Shown: positions 48,841 to 59,122, counted from the stretch's first letter. The stretch is DNA of 64,000 bases from Limnothrix sp. BL-A-16 (GCA_041937175.2 CP166615.1:3264001-3328000); one strand, 5' to 3'. The notes: generated from the letters alone by a model not told the origin. Numbers and translations: made by a program.

Positions 48841-50259
48841 ATGGACACACAGGCTCTCAAAGCAATTTTGCTGATCGGCACAGGTAACGCGGCCGGGAAG
48901 TCGCTGTTGGCTTCGGCGCTCGGTCGGCTGCTGTATCGACGGGGTCTGAAGGTGGCTCCCTTCCAAGCCCAAAGCACCTCCTCGATGCTCTACACCACCA
49001 ACCAAGGGGAACAAATCGCCTATTTTCAGGCGGTGCAAGCCTGGGCGGCCCGCACGGAACCCCAAGCGGATTTCAATCCCCGTTGTCCCGGTGATCAGTC
49101 TCCGGAACGGGTCTGGGCGGTGCTCAAACAATCCCTTGAGCGGTTAACTCAGTCCTTTGATGTGTTGGTGGCCGATGGGGTGGGCAGCCCGGCCGATGCG
49201 TATTTGACGGGGCAGGATGTTTGTAACTTGCACTTGGCGCAAACCCTGAATGCGCCTGTGGTGTTGGTGGTGGATGCCGATCGGGGGGGCTGGTTGGCCA
49301 GCGCGATCGGGACGTTGGAGCTGATGGATCCAACCGAAAAAGCACTGGTACGGGCGATCATCATCAACAAATATCGGGGCAATCCCGATCGGCTCAAACC
49401 CGGCCGCGATTGGTTGGAGCAGCGCACCGGAATTCCCGTGGTGGGAGTCATGCCTTGGCTCCAGAACCTCTTCCCCTCGCCCGAGTCGATCGACCTGTTT
49501 GCTCGCCGTCGTCGTCAATCGGATATTGAAACCACGATCGCCGCCGTCCGCTTGCCCCACATCGCCAGCTTCAGCGATCTGGATCCGCTGTCGGCCGAGC
49601 CAACGGTTTCCCTTCGCTACATTGATTTGGGTCAAGAATTGGGCTATCCCGACGCGGTGGTTTTGCCGCGATCGAACAACCTAGCCGAAGATCTCCAGGC
49701 CCTGCACCAATCCGGCTTTGCGGAAGATCTCCAGCAATACGCGATCGCGGGCGGCACTATTTTGGGCATTGGCGAAGGATTCCAGATGCTGGGTCGCCAA
49801 GTGGTGCAACTGCAAGGGCTAGACACCGCTTCCCAAGAACTGATGGGGCTGGATCTGTTGCCCATCTCCAGCATCACCACGGGCGACTGGATCGATCGGG
49901 AACGCCAGGCCACCTCCAACTATCCCCAAGCGGGCTTACCGGTCACCAGCCGTGAATTTCGCCAAAGCTACACCCAAATTTTGGACAACCAAAGCGTGCA
50001 ATCTCTCTTTGACGATTCCAAGCTGGGCGTAGTGTCCAGCAGCCAACTGGTTTGGGGAACCTATCTGACGGACATTTTTGATAGCAGTCCCTGGCGACGG
50101 GCTTGGCTCAATCGTTTGCGCCACCAACGGGGTCTGTCTTCCTTACCCACGGGAATTCCCGACTACCGGGAACACCGGGATATGTTGCTGGATTCACTGG
50201 CCGACGATGTGGCGGTCAACATCAATCTCGATCGACTCTGGGCCGCCATCGGCCTTTAG
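48841..50259 (+). CDS. cobQ: CobQ (cobyric acid synthase) homolog with degenerate active sites
   Basis: Full CobQ architecture (AGKS P-loop, DADRGG, INKYRG, PWRRAWLNRLR), but GATase Cys and His are replaced. Confidence 0.8.
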   Translation: MDTQALKAILLIGTGNAAGKSLLASALGRLLYRRGLKVAPFQAQSTSSMLYTTNQGEQIAYFQAVQAWAARTEPQADFNPRCPGDQSPERVWAVLKQSLERLTQSFDVLVADGVGSPADAYLTGQDVCNLHLAQTLNAPVVLVVDADRGGWLASAIGTLELMDPTEKALVRAIIINKYRGNPDRLKPGRDWLEQRTGIPVVGVMPWLQNLFPSPESIDLFARRRRQSDIETTIAAVRLPHIASFSDLDPLSAEPTVSLRYIDLGQELGYPDAVVLPRSNNLAEDLQALHQSGFAEDLQQYAIAGGTILGIGEGFQMLGRQVVQLQGLDTASQELMGLDLLPISSITTGDWIDRERQATSNYPQAGLPVTSREFRQSYTQILDNQSVQSLFDDSKLGVVSSSQLVWGTYLTDIFDSSPWRRAWLNRLRHQRGLSSLPTGIPDYREHRDMLLDSLADDVAVNINLDRLWAAIGL

Positions 50260-50319
50260 TTTAAATAACGCAACAGAATGAGCGATTCAAGACGCGACTC
50301 AGGATGTTGCTCCAGAAAA

Positions 50320-50391
50320 TGGGTGACCTGGGATTCGAACCCAGAACCAGCGGATTAAGAGTCCGATGCGCTGCCGTTGCGCCAGTCACCC
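50320..50391 (-). tRNA. trnK: tRNA-Lys(CTT)
   Basis: Acceptor stem GGGTGAC/GTCACCC, anticodon loop CTCTTAA, T-loop GGTTCGAATCC; CCA not encoded. Confidence 0.93.
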
Positions 50392-50825
50392 TGGTTGCTT
50401 GTGGGTCAAGCTTGTTTATATTGCCAAAGATGCTGAAAAAGTTCAAGCACCTTTGCCAGAATTCACCCAGAATGGGAATGGAAAACACGATCGCCCCCGC
50501 CCAGGATCGCGATCAGTCAGCAAATTAGCCCCTCAGCGGCGAGACTCTCAGGTGCTAGACTCTCAAGCGCTAGATTCTCAGCCAGAGCACGACCAGGTTA
50601 GTTTGCCGTTTCCAAGCTTGGCATTTCCCGATCGGCTCATCTCCAGCATCCGCCAACCCCCGCGCACCCCGCCCAATCCGCTGCCCGATCGTGCCTTGGC
50701 AGCCGCTGGCGGCGATGCCCAGTGGCGAAAAGCGGCCAGTTCCGCGATTGGGGCCCCGCAACTCGGGATGAGTGATACCTTGGCTAGAGTTGGCATTCAC
50801 GGCGGCGAGTTGGGAGAGCAAGGTT

Positions 50826-51953
50826 ATGAGCGATCGCGATGGGTCCGGCATCTTGGCCAGTCCCGAGGTTTCCAGACTCAATGCTGAAATCGATCGCCTC
50901 AATGCCCACAACGCTGCCCTTCGTCTTCAGCAGGAACTGTTGGGCAGTTGGATCGTGACAGCCCGAATGACCACCGCCACCGGTTTGGTGTTGCGGGCCC
51001 TGACTCAACAGATCTTGGAAGCCCTACAATCCCTATGCCAGGCAGAACAGGGCAGTATTTTTCTTCTCGATGAGCACCTGCAAGCCACGGAATGTTTGTT
51101 GGCGCGAGGATCCACCATTCGGGAGCAAAAGCGAGAAATCGTTAACCAAATTCTGAAAGAAGGGCTGGCGGCCTGGACGATTCAGCACCGACAAATCGCG
51201 ATCGTGATGGACACCATGACCGATGAGCGGTGGTTGCAACTGCCCAACCAACCCTACACGGTGCGATCGGCCCTTTGCATCCCCATCCAGCGTGGAAAAC
51301 GGCTGTTGGCGCTGGCCACCCTCATGCATAGCCAACCGCACCACTTCACCCCCTTGCGTGTGGAGCAGGCCCAATTTGCCGCCGACGCGATCGCCCTCAA
51401 CTTGGAAAACGCCTTGCTCTATGACCAGCTCACCAGCACCCTAAACGAGGCCAAAGACGATCCCCTCAGTCACGAAGCGCCGTCCTTTGGGGGCGAGTCC
51501 AACGCCTTGCCCTCCTTGGCTAATCCCTTTGAAGACTCGATCGCCAGTTCCAACATTCTCCCCAGCAGCATCCAAAGCGCCGTCAACGCCAGCGAAGCCC
51601 GCGGCCTCGAAGAAACCGGCCTTTACATCACCACCGCCGAAGGGCGATTGCGTTACGTCAACCGCTGCTTTGCCCAAATTTTTGGCTATCGGCGGCGCGA
51701 ATTGGCCCGGGTTGAATCCATCCTGGACTTAATTCCCGTGGACTATCAAGCCATGCTGGTTCACAAGCTGGAAGACTGCATTCGCGACAACCAACGGCCC
51801 TTAAGTTGCCTGTTGCCGGGCCTGCATCGATCGGGGCGGTTGATTGGCCTCGACTTGTACGGCGAGCGGATTCACTTTTCCGGCGAACCGGGCGTGATCG
51901 GCATGGTGCGCCGGGTCGATTCGTCACCCTATCGCACAGGTAACACGGTTTAA
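50826..51953 (+). CDS. GAF-PAS sensor protein without output domain
   Basis: Coiled coil, GAF (GSIFLLD, RSALCIPI, ENALLY), PAS (YVNRCFAQIFGY..EL). Confidence 0.78.
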   Translation: MSDRDGSGILASPEVSRLNAEIDRLNAHNAALRLQQELLGSWIVTARMTTATGLVLRALTQQILEALQSLCQAEQGSIFLLDEHLQATECLLARGSTIREQKREIVNQILKEGLAAWTIQHRQIAIVMDTMTDERWLQLPNQPYTVRSALCIPIQRGKRLLALATLMHSQPHHFTPLRVEQAQFAADAIALNLENALLYDQLTSTLNEAKDDPLSHEAPSFGGESNALPSLANPFEDSIASSNILPSSIQSAVNASEARGLEETGLYITTAEGRLRYVNRCFAQIFGYRRRELARVESILDLIPVDYQAMLVHKLEDCIRDNQRPLSCLLPGLHRSGRLIGLDLYGERIHFSGEPGVIGMVRRVDSSPYRTGNTV

Positions 51954-52069
51954 ACCGTTTAAACAGAGTTCGCCCGTAGCTTGCTTACTAGTGAGGTGGG
52001 CAATGCCCTACAGGTACTGGCTCTATTCTTGTTGCGCTCCTGCCCGATCGCGCCCCGGAGTTGTGGTGG

Positions 52070-53788
52070 TTAGTAGTGGTTGCCTACTTTGCGATGGTGG
52101 ACGGCCGTGAGGGCATCTTCTTTTGAGACCCGACCGTTATCCACGGTGCTGTAGACCAGCCAGTGATCCCCGCAATCCATCCGGCTACTGACCTGGCATT
52201 CCAGATAGGCCAGCGCGTCGCTGAGGATGGGGGAGCCGTTGGTGGCCTGCTGGGTTTCCACACCGGCAAAACGGTCTTCACCGGGGCCAAACCGCTTCAG
52301 GAAATGCCGCATCAGATGGCCATAGTTGCCCTCTTCCAAAATGTTCAGCACGAAGCGATCGCCCACTTGCATTAGCGACTCGATCGCCCGATCTTTAGCC
52401 ACCGCGATCGTGATTCCCAGGGGCTGGAAGCTGGCCTGCACCACCCAAGAGGCCAACATGGCGCTGGCTACATCGCCCTTCTTAGCGGTGATGATGTAAA
52501 GCCCACCGCTCAAGCGGCCCAAGGCCTTATCCAAATCGGAATCCAGGGACTTCATTTGCTTGACGGTTTCTTTGACCATCAACGCCTGGCCCAAGTCCGT
52601 GCCCGCTTCTTCGCAGAGTTGATAGGTGAAAGCTTGGGGCTTGGTGCTAATCCGAATTACATCGAAGGCCGGCTTCAGACCCAAATCCCGGAAGCGGTTA
52701 AACAGGGGATAGCTCGGCTCGTCTTGGCCGCCGCCGGACTCAAACACACCAATCCGCTGCTTGTTGTTGGCCACGGTCAGGATTGTGCCGATCGCCGCTT
52801 CGCATTCTCCTTGGGGCGGCGCGGCCAAAACCAGCGCCACCGATCGCTCCACCAATTCCCGCAACTCCTGGGGATCGGCCGCCTTCAGATCCATCATTTC
52901 CACAGCCACGCCGGTTTTGGTGATCCCCTTGGCGATCGACTGGGACAACCGATCGCTGTAGCCATAGTCAGACACATAGAACACGGCGGCGGTGGTTTCC
53001 GCTTCGGCCTTGGTTTGGCTCCAGTGGCGATAGCGACCGGTGAGTTCAACCACGTTGTGGCGCAACAGGGGGCCGTGACCCGTGGCGATTGTGTGGTAGC
53101 CGGGGAGGGCATCCATCCGCTTCATGGCTCCCAAGACCGATCGAGCATTGGGGGCCATCAGGCATTCGTAATAGAACCGAAAATCCGGTTCGATCGCCCC
53201 CAAATCCGCATCAAACAGGTCATCGCTGCAATAGTGCATCCCAAAGGCATCGCAGGTGTAGAGGGTCTGCGTCCCGTGGTCATAGGTAAAGATCGTGTCT
53301 GGCCAATGGAGATTGGGTGCATTCAAAAACTCCAGCACATGCCCTTGGCCCAAATCCAGGCTCTCACCACTTTTCACCAGCAGTTTGCTGAAGGGCTGGT
53401 GAATCAGATTTTCCAGAAACTGAATCGCCACCTTGGAAGCCACCACGGTGATCTGAGGATTCAGGGCCAGCAAATCCGCCACTAGGCCGCTGTGATCCGG
53501 TTCCGTGTGGCTCACCACCAAGTAATCAATCTGGGTCGGGTCGATCGCGCCCTTCAGGGTATCCAGATAGAGTTGGCGAAATTTGGCGTGGGAGGTGTCC
53601 ACCAGGGCCACTTTGTCCCCACGAATCAGGAAGGAGTTATAGGTTGTGCCGTTTTGCAGGCCAAATTCAATATCAAAGCGATCGCGATCCCAGTCCAGCG
53701 ATCGAATCGTCAGGGTTTGGGCGGCAATCTCGGCGGTTTGAATCGTCAACCGCTTCTCGGTTTGCGGACGTTCTGTGGCGACAACCAT
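52070..53788 (-). CDS. flv3: Flavodiiron protein Flv3
   Basis: RSLDWDRDRFDIEFGLQNGTTYNS, HTEPDH, flavodoxin and flavin-reductase domains, HHRKVGNHY. Confidence 0.85.
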   Translation of the reverse strand: MVVATERPQTEKRLTIQTAEIAAQTLTIRSLDWDRDRFDIEFGLQNGTTYNSFLIRGDKVALVDTSHAKFRQLYLDTLKGAIDPTQIDYLVVSHTEPDHSGLVADLLALNPQITVVASKVAIQFLENLIHQPFSKLLVKSGESLDLGQGHVLEFLNAPNLHWPDTIFTYDHGTQTLYTCDAFGMHYCSDDLFDADLGAIEPDFRFYYECLMAPNARSVLGAMKRMDALPGYHTIATGHGPLLRHNVVELTGRYRHWSQTKAEAETTAAVFYVSDYGYSDRLSQSIAKGITKTGVAVEMMDLKAADPQELRELVERSVALVLAAPPQGECEAAIGTILTVANNKQRIGVFESGGGQDEPSYPLFNRFRDLGLKPAFDVIRISTKPQAFTYQLCEEAGTDLGQALMVKETVKQMKSLDSDLDKALGRLSGGLYIITAKKGDVASAMLASWVVQASFQPLGITIAVAKDRAIESLMQVGDRFVLNILEEGNYGHLMRHFLKRFGPGEDRFAGVETQQATNGSPILSDALAYLECQVSSRMDCGDHWLVYSTVDNGRVSKEDALTAVHHRKVGNHY

Positions 53789-53926
53789 GCTCGCACCTCC
53801 TGGGCTTGACCGATCTGGATGGGGGATTTGTTAAGTTGTTTTACCTATCTTGACACAAGGGATACAGAAATACTGGGCGATCGGGCGGGGCGATCGTTTG
53901 CAGTCGTGATGCTGAAAATCGGCACG

Positions 53927-53968
53927 ACTTATCAGTAAACCTGAAGCGCTTCAAGTTTACTGATAGGT
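53927..53968. terminator. 42-bp near-perfect palindrome between the M23 gene and flv3
   Basis: ACTTATCAGTAAACCTGAAGC|GCTTCAAGTTTACTGATAGGT, 19 of 21 positions complementary. Confidence 0.45.
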
Positions 53969-54039
53969 CACATTGCTGTGCGAGCTGTCTGAATGGAGCT
54001 GGGCTGCTTGATCTGCCACTCGATCGCTCGATCGCCAGG

Positions 54040-55344
54040 CTATTGCACTTGAGCAGCGGCCTTGGTTTCGTCGATCACGGCGTATTGGACTTTATAGGAA
54101 GACTTCACCGCCTCGATCGTGGCGGCCATCAGCGCTTCAAAGGGATCTTTGGGTTTGTCAGCAGCGGCGATCGGGCTGCTTGCGCCCGCCAAGAACTTCG
54201 CCGGATCCGTCACCACCCAACCTTGGGCCGTGAGCTGACGAACTTCAAAGTGCAAGTGTGGCCCCGTGGACATGCCCGTGCTGCCCACACGCCCAATCAC
54301 TTCCCCTTGCTTAACCATGGCTCCCGGCTTCACAAAAATTTCCGAGAGGTGACCGTAAAGGGTCTTTTGCGTGTCGCCATGATCCAACACCACCGTTAGC
54401 CCATAGCCCCCCAAAAAGCCCCCGATCGAGACCTTGCCGTCCAACACCGCTACCACGGGCGTACCCAAGGGAGCCGAAAGGTCAGTGCCCGCATGAAACC
54501 GGCTGTAGCCCAAGATCGGATGCACCCGCCAGCCAAAGGAGGAGGAAATCGGAGCCAGGCTGGTGAGCGGGAACAGCATTTTCAGGTTGCCATTACCCAA
54601 CAGACCCTTGGGGCGACTGCTGCGGAAATAGTAGCTGTTGGCATCGAAGTTCACGCCGTTTAAGCCCACGGTTAGGGGGCCGATTTTGACGGAAATGGGC
54701 GATTGGGCCGGCAGGGCGCTGCCCACGGAACCAAGGCGCATGGGGCTGCCCATTTGCAGGTGGGAACCCCGATCGCCCGTGGGAATGGCCACAATTCCGG
54801 GGTGGCCAGCTTGGCCGGGTTGCCCAGGCGATCGGGTCACGGTGCAACCGGCGCTGAGGCGGCCGCCCACACTGGCACAACCGGTGGAGCGCTCTGTGAA
54901 CTGAATTTCGCTGGGCGGGGCCTGGCGTTGGGTGGCTCCCAAATTGAAATCGTTGGACTGGTCGATCGGGCCGCGGCTGGTGGGGCGTTCTGCCGGGGAA
55001 GGGGCCAAGCGAGGCACGTTCGGCAGTTCCCGTTGGGGGGTACGCTCCACGGCCGGCGCGGGCCGTTCGATTCGGGCTGGGCGATCGGGGTTGGCGGCGG
55101 GCTTCGGTTCCGGAGGTGCAGCGGGTGCTTCCGGGGCCAAGTCTGCGGAACTACCGCCGGGGGCCGCGTCGATCGCCTGGATCGGGGTTGCCAGTCCGCC
55201 GAGCAAGCTGGTCATTGCGCCAACCCACCCGAGACCTTGCAAAATGCGACGGCGACGGCGTTGGAGACGAGTGGGGAAGTTGGGGCGGTGATTCATGGCG
55301 CGGTTGGGAGCGCAATGCATGGCGTAATGGGACGGGGACAGCAC
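54040..55344 (-). CDS. M23 family peptidase
   Basis: HAGTDL, YGH, STGPHLHFE; Pro-rich N-terminal half; start uncertain. Confidence 0.88.
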   Translation of the reverse strand: MLSPSHYAMHCAPNRAMNHRPNFPTRLQRRRRRILQGLGWVGAMTSLLGGLATPIQAIDAAPGGSSADLAPEAPAAPPEPKPAANPDRPARIERPAPAVERTPQRELPNVPRLAPSPAERPTSRGPIDQSNDFNLGATQRQAPPSEIQFTERSTGCASVGGRLSAGCTVTRSPGQPGQAGHPGIVAIPTGDRGSHLQMGSPMRLGSVGSALPAQSPISVKIGPLTVGLNGVNFDANSYYFRSSRPKGLLGNGNLKMLFPLTSLAPISSSFGWRVHPILGYSRFHAGTDLSAPLGTPVVAVLDGKVSIGGFLGGYGLTVVLDHGDTQKTLYGHLSEIFVKPGAMVKQGEVIGRVGSTGMSTGPHLHFEVRQLTAQGWVVTDPAKFLAGASSPIAAADKPKDPFEALMAATIEAVKSSYKVQYAVIDETKAAAQVQ

Positions 55345-55697
55345 AAACAGCGTTAAAAACCGGGTTCCAGGGGAAGCGTAGTTGGCTTCGGGCAGCGAAC
55401 CGCTAGGGAAAGTGTTACCAAGCCTTAGACGGCGCGATCGCCCAAAATGTTCAGAAAATGTTTAGCCACGGCCTTCAATCACAGCCAGAAACGGCGGTTG
55501 CACCCTTTGACCGGGGCTTAGAAGCCAGGAGAGTCAGACAGGATGGTTGCCAAAACCTCGGGACGCTACTGCTCTTTTCAGGCATGACAACCTTGAGTCA
55601 GGTTTGGGTCAGGGGGGTTTGGCTCAGTCCTCAGTCATGATAGCAAGGGAAAAAGCAAAAGCGCTTAACACAACCCTGCGGAAATCGAAAAGACTAT

Positions 55698-56846
55698 TCA
55701 AGGATTCTTTAAACAATCCGTAACCTCGCCACCGTCTGGGCCGGGGGGTTCAGGCGTTTGGGGCGATCGCGCATAGCCTAACCGCACCGCGCCGGGGGGA
55801 AGATGCAATTCCGCAGCAAGTTGATCGGAAAATTTGACCCGAAGTTCTCCGCGTGAGGTAATGCCCACGGCGATCCCGGTGCGATCGCCCACTTGCACCG
55901 ATCGCCCGCAGGTTTCCAGCAATTCCAAATAATCCGCCAAAAAACTTTCGAGGCCGCCCGTTTGGAGTTGTCGATCGCCCCGGTCTAAACCCGCGATCGC
56001 CAGGGCTGCCAACTCCGCGAGTGATCGAATCGGTGGCCCACCCTCCAAGGGGAAATCGGCAGACGGCAACAAAGGCGGGGCACTCAGTTGATTCGCCTTG
56101 TTCGCCAACGCACCGGCCCCATTCAGCGGATGAGAGCCATCAGCGACATTGGACGAGTCCGATGAACGATCAGCCCAATAACCCGAAAGATCTAAAGGAT
56201 CTAGGCGATCTACTAGTTGACGATCTACTAATTGATTTGATTGATCTGTTTGATCATGCAGACGATCTACTAATTGATTTGATTGATCTGTTTGATCATG
56301 CAATCGTTCCGGAAACGCCAGCTCTGGAAACAGCTCCGTGGCATTGATCCCCGTCTCAGGAACCGGATTAGCCCAATTCAACCCCAATCCCGTGACCGCG
56401 CCGGCAATTTTGCCACCCACCAGCCGGGTTTCCGTCAGCAACCCGCCCCACTTGCGTCCCCGAACGACCAAATCGTTGGGCCACTTCAGCGCCACCGGCA
56501 CACCCCGATCGCGCAGGGTTTGCCCCAAACCCCAAGCGGCCGCCAAGGTCAGTTGGGCCCCATCCTCCGGTAACAACTGGGGGGCAAAATAGCGCGAGAG
56601 ATACAATCCCCCCAAGGGCGACAACCATTGGCGGCCCCACTGCCCCCGCCCGGCCGACTGTTGCAGCGCAATCACAATCGTCCCCGGCTGGGCCCCCGCT
56701 TGGGCCAGTTCCCAGGCCACCTGATTGGTGGAGCCAGTCTCCGCTAGCACCTGCAACCTGGGCAACCGAACACCGAGCCGCGCCGTTTCGCGCAACACGG
56801 CGGCACTGAACTCTGCGGGGTCGATCGGGGTGGTTTCCAGCACCAA
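55698..56846 (-). CDS. birA: Biotin--[acetyl-CoA carboxylase] ligase with a ~95-aa insertion
   Basis: STN, QSAGRGQWGRQW, KWPND, KWGGLL, GLGLN. Confidence 0.88.
   Translation of the reverse strand: MVLETTPIDPAEFSAAVLRETARLGVRLPRLQVLAETGSTNQVAWELAQAGAQPGTIVIALQQSAGRGQWGRQWLSPLGGLYLSRYFAPQLLPEDGAQLTLAAAWGLGQTLRDRGVPVALKWPNDLVVRGRKWGGLLTETRLVGGKIAGAVTGLGLNWANPVPETGINATELFPELAFPERLHDQTDQSNQLVDRLHDQTDQSNQLVDRQLVDRLDPLDLSGYWADRSSDSSNVADGSHPLNGAGALANKANQLSAPPLLPSADFPLEGGPPIRSLAELAALAIAGLDRGDRQLQTGGLESFLADYLELLETCGRSVQVGDRTGIAVGITSRGELRVKFSDQLAAELHLPPGAVRLGYARSPQTPEPPGPDGGEVTDCLKNP
56219..56302. repeat. Perfect 2 x 42-bp tandem duplication inside birA
   Basis: GACGATCTACTAATTGATTTGATTGATCTGTTTGATCATGCA twice. 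Confidence 0.9.
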
Positions 56847-57360
56847 TAGTTTTCTAATTGCTTTCTAATTTTTGAGGTCGTGATTGCGGCGATCGACCCT
56901 TACCCTACCGCGATCGGGTCACCCAGCGGATCGCCCCCATTTCATCCTCTTGCACAAACCGAATTGGATGTGTTGCCTGGTCGTTGAGCAACCCAGCCAG
57001 CAGATGAAGCCTCAAGCCAAAACAGCGACGACGATTGCGATAGTGTTCTGAGCAGATCCGAAATTGCTTCAAGTGACGAATGGCACACTCAAAACGCCAT
57101 TGACTAACGCCATTGCCCAATCGCTAGGCATCTGGCGATCGACTAATGGTTGCGATTGTATTTTTTGAGGGGCCGATCGCCCTTGGAAGGGGAAGGGGAA
57201 CGATAAAATGTGGTCTGGTTGTGGTCTGGTTACGGATAATGACGCAGCACTGAGGATCGCAACCGGAAATTAGGGGCCGATCGCTGGCTGCTAATGGGTT
57301 GCAAGGGGCTGCGGTTGTCCGTGCGGGCTGAAGGATGACGTTCAGGCGAGGGTCTGGTTT

Positions 57361-57585
57361 ATGGCTTTGACGGATTTGCCGATCGCGCTGATTTTGTATG
57401 TGGCGCTGGCGGGGGCTTACCTGGTGGTGTTGCCGCTGGGTCTCTATGTTTATCTACAAAAACGGTGGTATGTGGCTAGCTCGATCGAGCGGCTCTTGGC
57501 CTACTTTGCGGTGTTTTTGTTCTTCCCCGGGCTGCTGTTGTTGTCGCCGTTTTTGAATCTGCGTCCCCAGCGTCGGGCCATTTGA
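57361..57585 (+). CDS. ndhL: NDH-1 subunit L
   Basis: [33 protein letters not shown]; upstream of DUF3007-trpA. Confidence 0.92.
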   Translation: MALTDLPIALILYVALAGAYLVVLPLGLYVYLQKRWYVASSIERLLAYFAVFLFFPGLLLLSPFLNLRPQRRAI

Positions 57586-57679
57586 TGCCTAGCTTGTCCC
57601 GCTTGGGCGATCGAACCAGGGTGAGGGGTTGGATGATGGTGAGCAATCGTGAGCAATTGACAGGGGCGATCGAGCAAAC

Positions 57680-58018
57680 ATGCGGCGAATTGACGCGATT
57701 CTGATCGGGTTAGGTGTCTTTTTGGGTGGGGGGCTGGTCTATGGTCTCCTGCAACTGGTGGGCATTGATGCCACCAATGCGGGCATCTGGACTCAGGCCG
57801 CGTTGGTAGTAGGATTGATGGGCTGGTTGCTGACCTATCTGGTGCGGGCCCTGACCCAAAAGATGACCTACTCCCAGCAGTTGCAAGACTACAAAGACGC
57901 AGTTTTGCAAAAGCAGTTGGAAGCGTTGTCACCAGAAGAGCTGGCCGCGTTGCAAGCTCGATTGGAAGCGGAAGCGGCGGAAACGGATCGATCGAACCCG
58001 ACCCATCCGTCACCCTAA
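57680..58018 (+). CDS. DUF3007 family protein
   Basis: MRRIDAILIG, AGIWTQ, MTYSQQ; ndhL-DUF3007-trpA synteny. Confidence 0.88.
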   Translation: MRRIDAILIGLGVFLGGGLVYGLLQLVGIDATNAGIWTQAALVVGLMGWLLTYLVRALTQKMTYSQQLQDYKDAVLQKQLEALSPEELAALQARLEAEAAETDRSNPTHPSP

Positions 58019-58173
58019 TCCGCATTCTTCGCCACCAACGCGCCGCCCGTTCCCCCAATTCAAAGCCAGCATCCTCAGCCCCCAACGCGGGTTCGCCCTG
58101 AATCCAGCGCTTGGGCGAAGTTGCTGGCCGTTTTTGATGTCCTGACTATCGAGTTGATCGATCGCCTGCCACC

Positions 58174-58974
58174 ATGACCGTCTCTGTTTCTGAACGTTTT
58201 GCCACCCTGCGCCAAGCAGAACGCTGTGCCCTGATCCCTTTCCTCACCGCCGGGGATCCGAATTTGGCAACAACGGAGGCGGCCCTGCGGCGACTCGATC
58301 GGGCAGGGGCCGACCTAATTGAACTGGGCGTGCCCTACTCCGACCCCCTAGCGGACGGCCCCACCATTCAAGCGGCCGCCACTCGGGCCTTGGCCAACGG
58401 CACTCGCCTTGATGATGTGTTGGCACTGGTGCAGCGGGTTTCGCCGGAACTGTCCGCCCCGATCGTCCTGTTCACCTACTACAACCCAATTCTGAATCGA
58501 GGAATTGAGCAATTCATTCAAGATGTGAAAGCGGCCGGGGCGGCGGGCCTGGTTGTGCCAGACTTGCCCCTCGAAGAAGCAGACGGCCTGCTGAAGCCAG
58601 CGGCGGCGGCGGGTTTGGAAGTCACGCTGTTGGTGGCCCCGACGAGTTCCAAGGATCGGATTGAAGCCATTGCCCAGCAGTCCCAAGGGTTTATCTATCT
58701 AGTCAGTGTGACTGGGGTAACGGGGATGCGCAGCGAAATGCACGGGCGCGTTTCCGAAATTTTGGCCGCCATGCGCCAGGTTACCGATAAGCCGATCGGG
58801 GTGGGCTTTGGCATTTCCTCGCCGGAGCAAGCGGTGCAGGTGCGGACTTGGGGGGCTGATGCGGCGATCGTGGGCAGTGCCTTTGTGAAGCGACTGGCCG
58901 ACGGCACACCGGAAGAGGGCTTAGCCGCCGTTGAAGCGTTCTGCCGGGATTTACGAGCCGCCCTTGATCAATAA
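58174..58974 (+). CDS. trpA: Tryptophan synthase alpha chain
   Basis: [34 protein letters not shown]. Confidence 0.97.
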   Translation: MTVSVSERFATLRQAERCALIPFLTAGDPNLATTEAALRRLDRAGADLIELGVPYSDPLADGPTIQAAATRALANGTRLDDVLALVQRVSPELSAPIVLFTYYNPILNRGIEQFIQDVKAAGAAGLVVPDLPLEEADGLLKPAAAAGLEVTLLVAPTSSKDRIEAIAQQSQGFIYLVSVTGVTGMRSEMHGRVSEILAAMRQVTDKPIGVGFGISSPEQAVQVRTWGADAAIVGSAFVKRLADGTPEEGLAAVEAFCRDLRAALDQ

Positions 58975-59097
58975 AAATCAACGAACTAGATCAACAACGA
59001 ACTAGATCAACAAACTAAAGATCAATAGCTCAATCAACTAGGCCAATTCGATTGAGGCAAGTTCCATTCCCTCAACAGAAATAGTCCAAGTCAAGCA

Positions 59098-59122
59098 GTA
59101 GGGGCGTACGGCCGTACGCCCT
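59098..59122. repeat. GTAG-type REP-like palindrome
   Basis: GTAG followed by perfect 20-bp palindrome GGGCGTACGGCCGTACGCCC. Confidence 0.6.

Noticed and set aside
50320..50391. tRNA-Lys as an integration site
   Set aside because: No integrase and no duplicated tRNA 3' end seen nearby
53825..53850. HLR1/RpaB-like direct repeat upstream of flv3
   Set aside because: Match too degenerate to support from sequence alone
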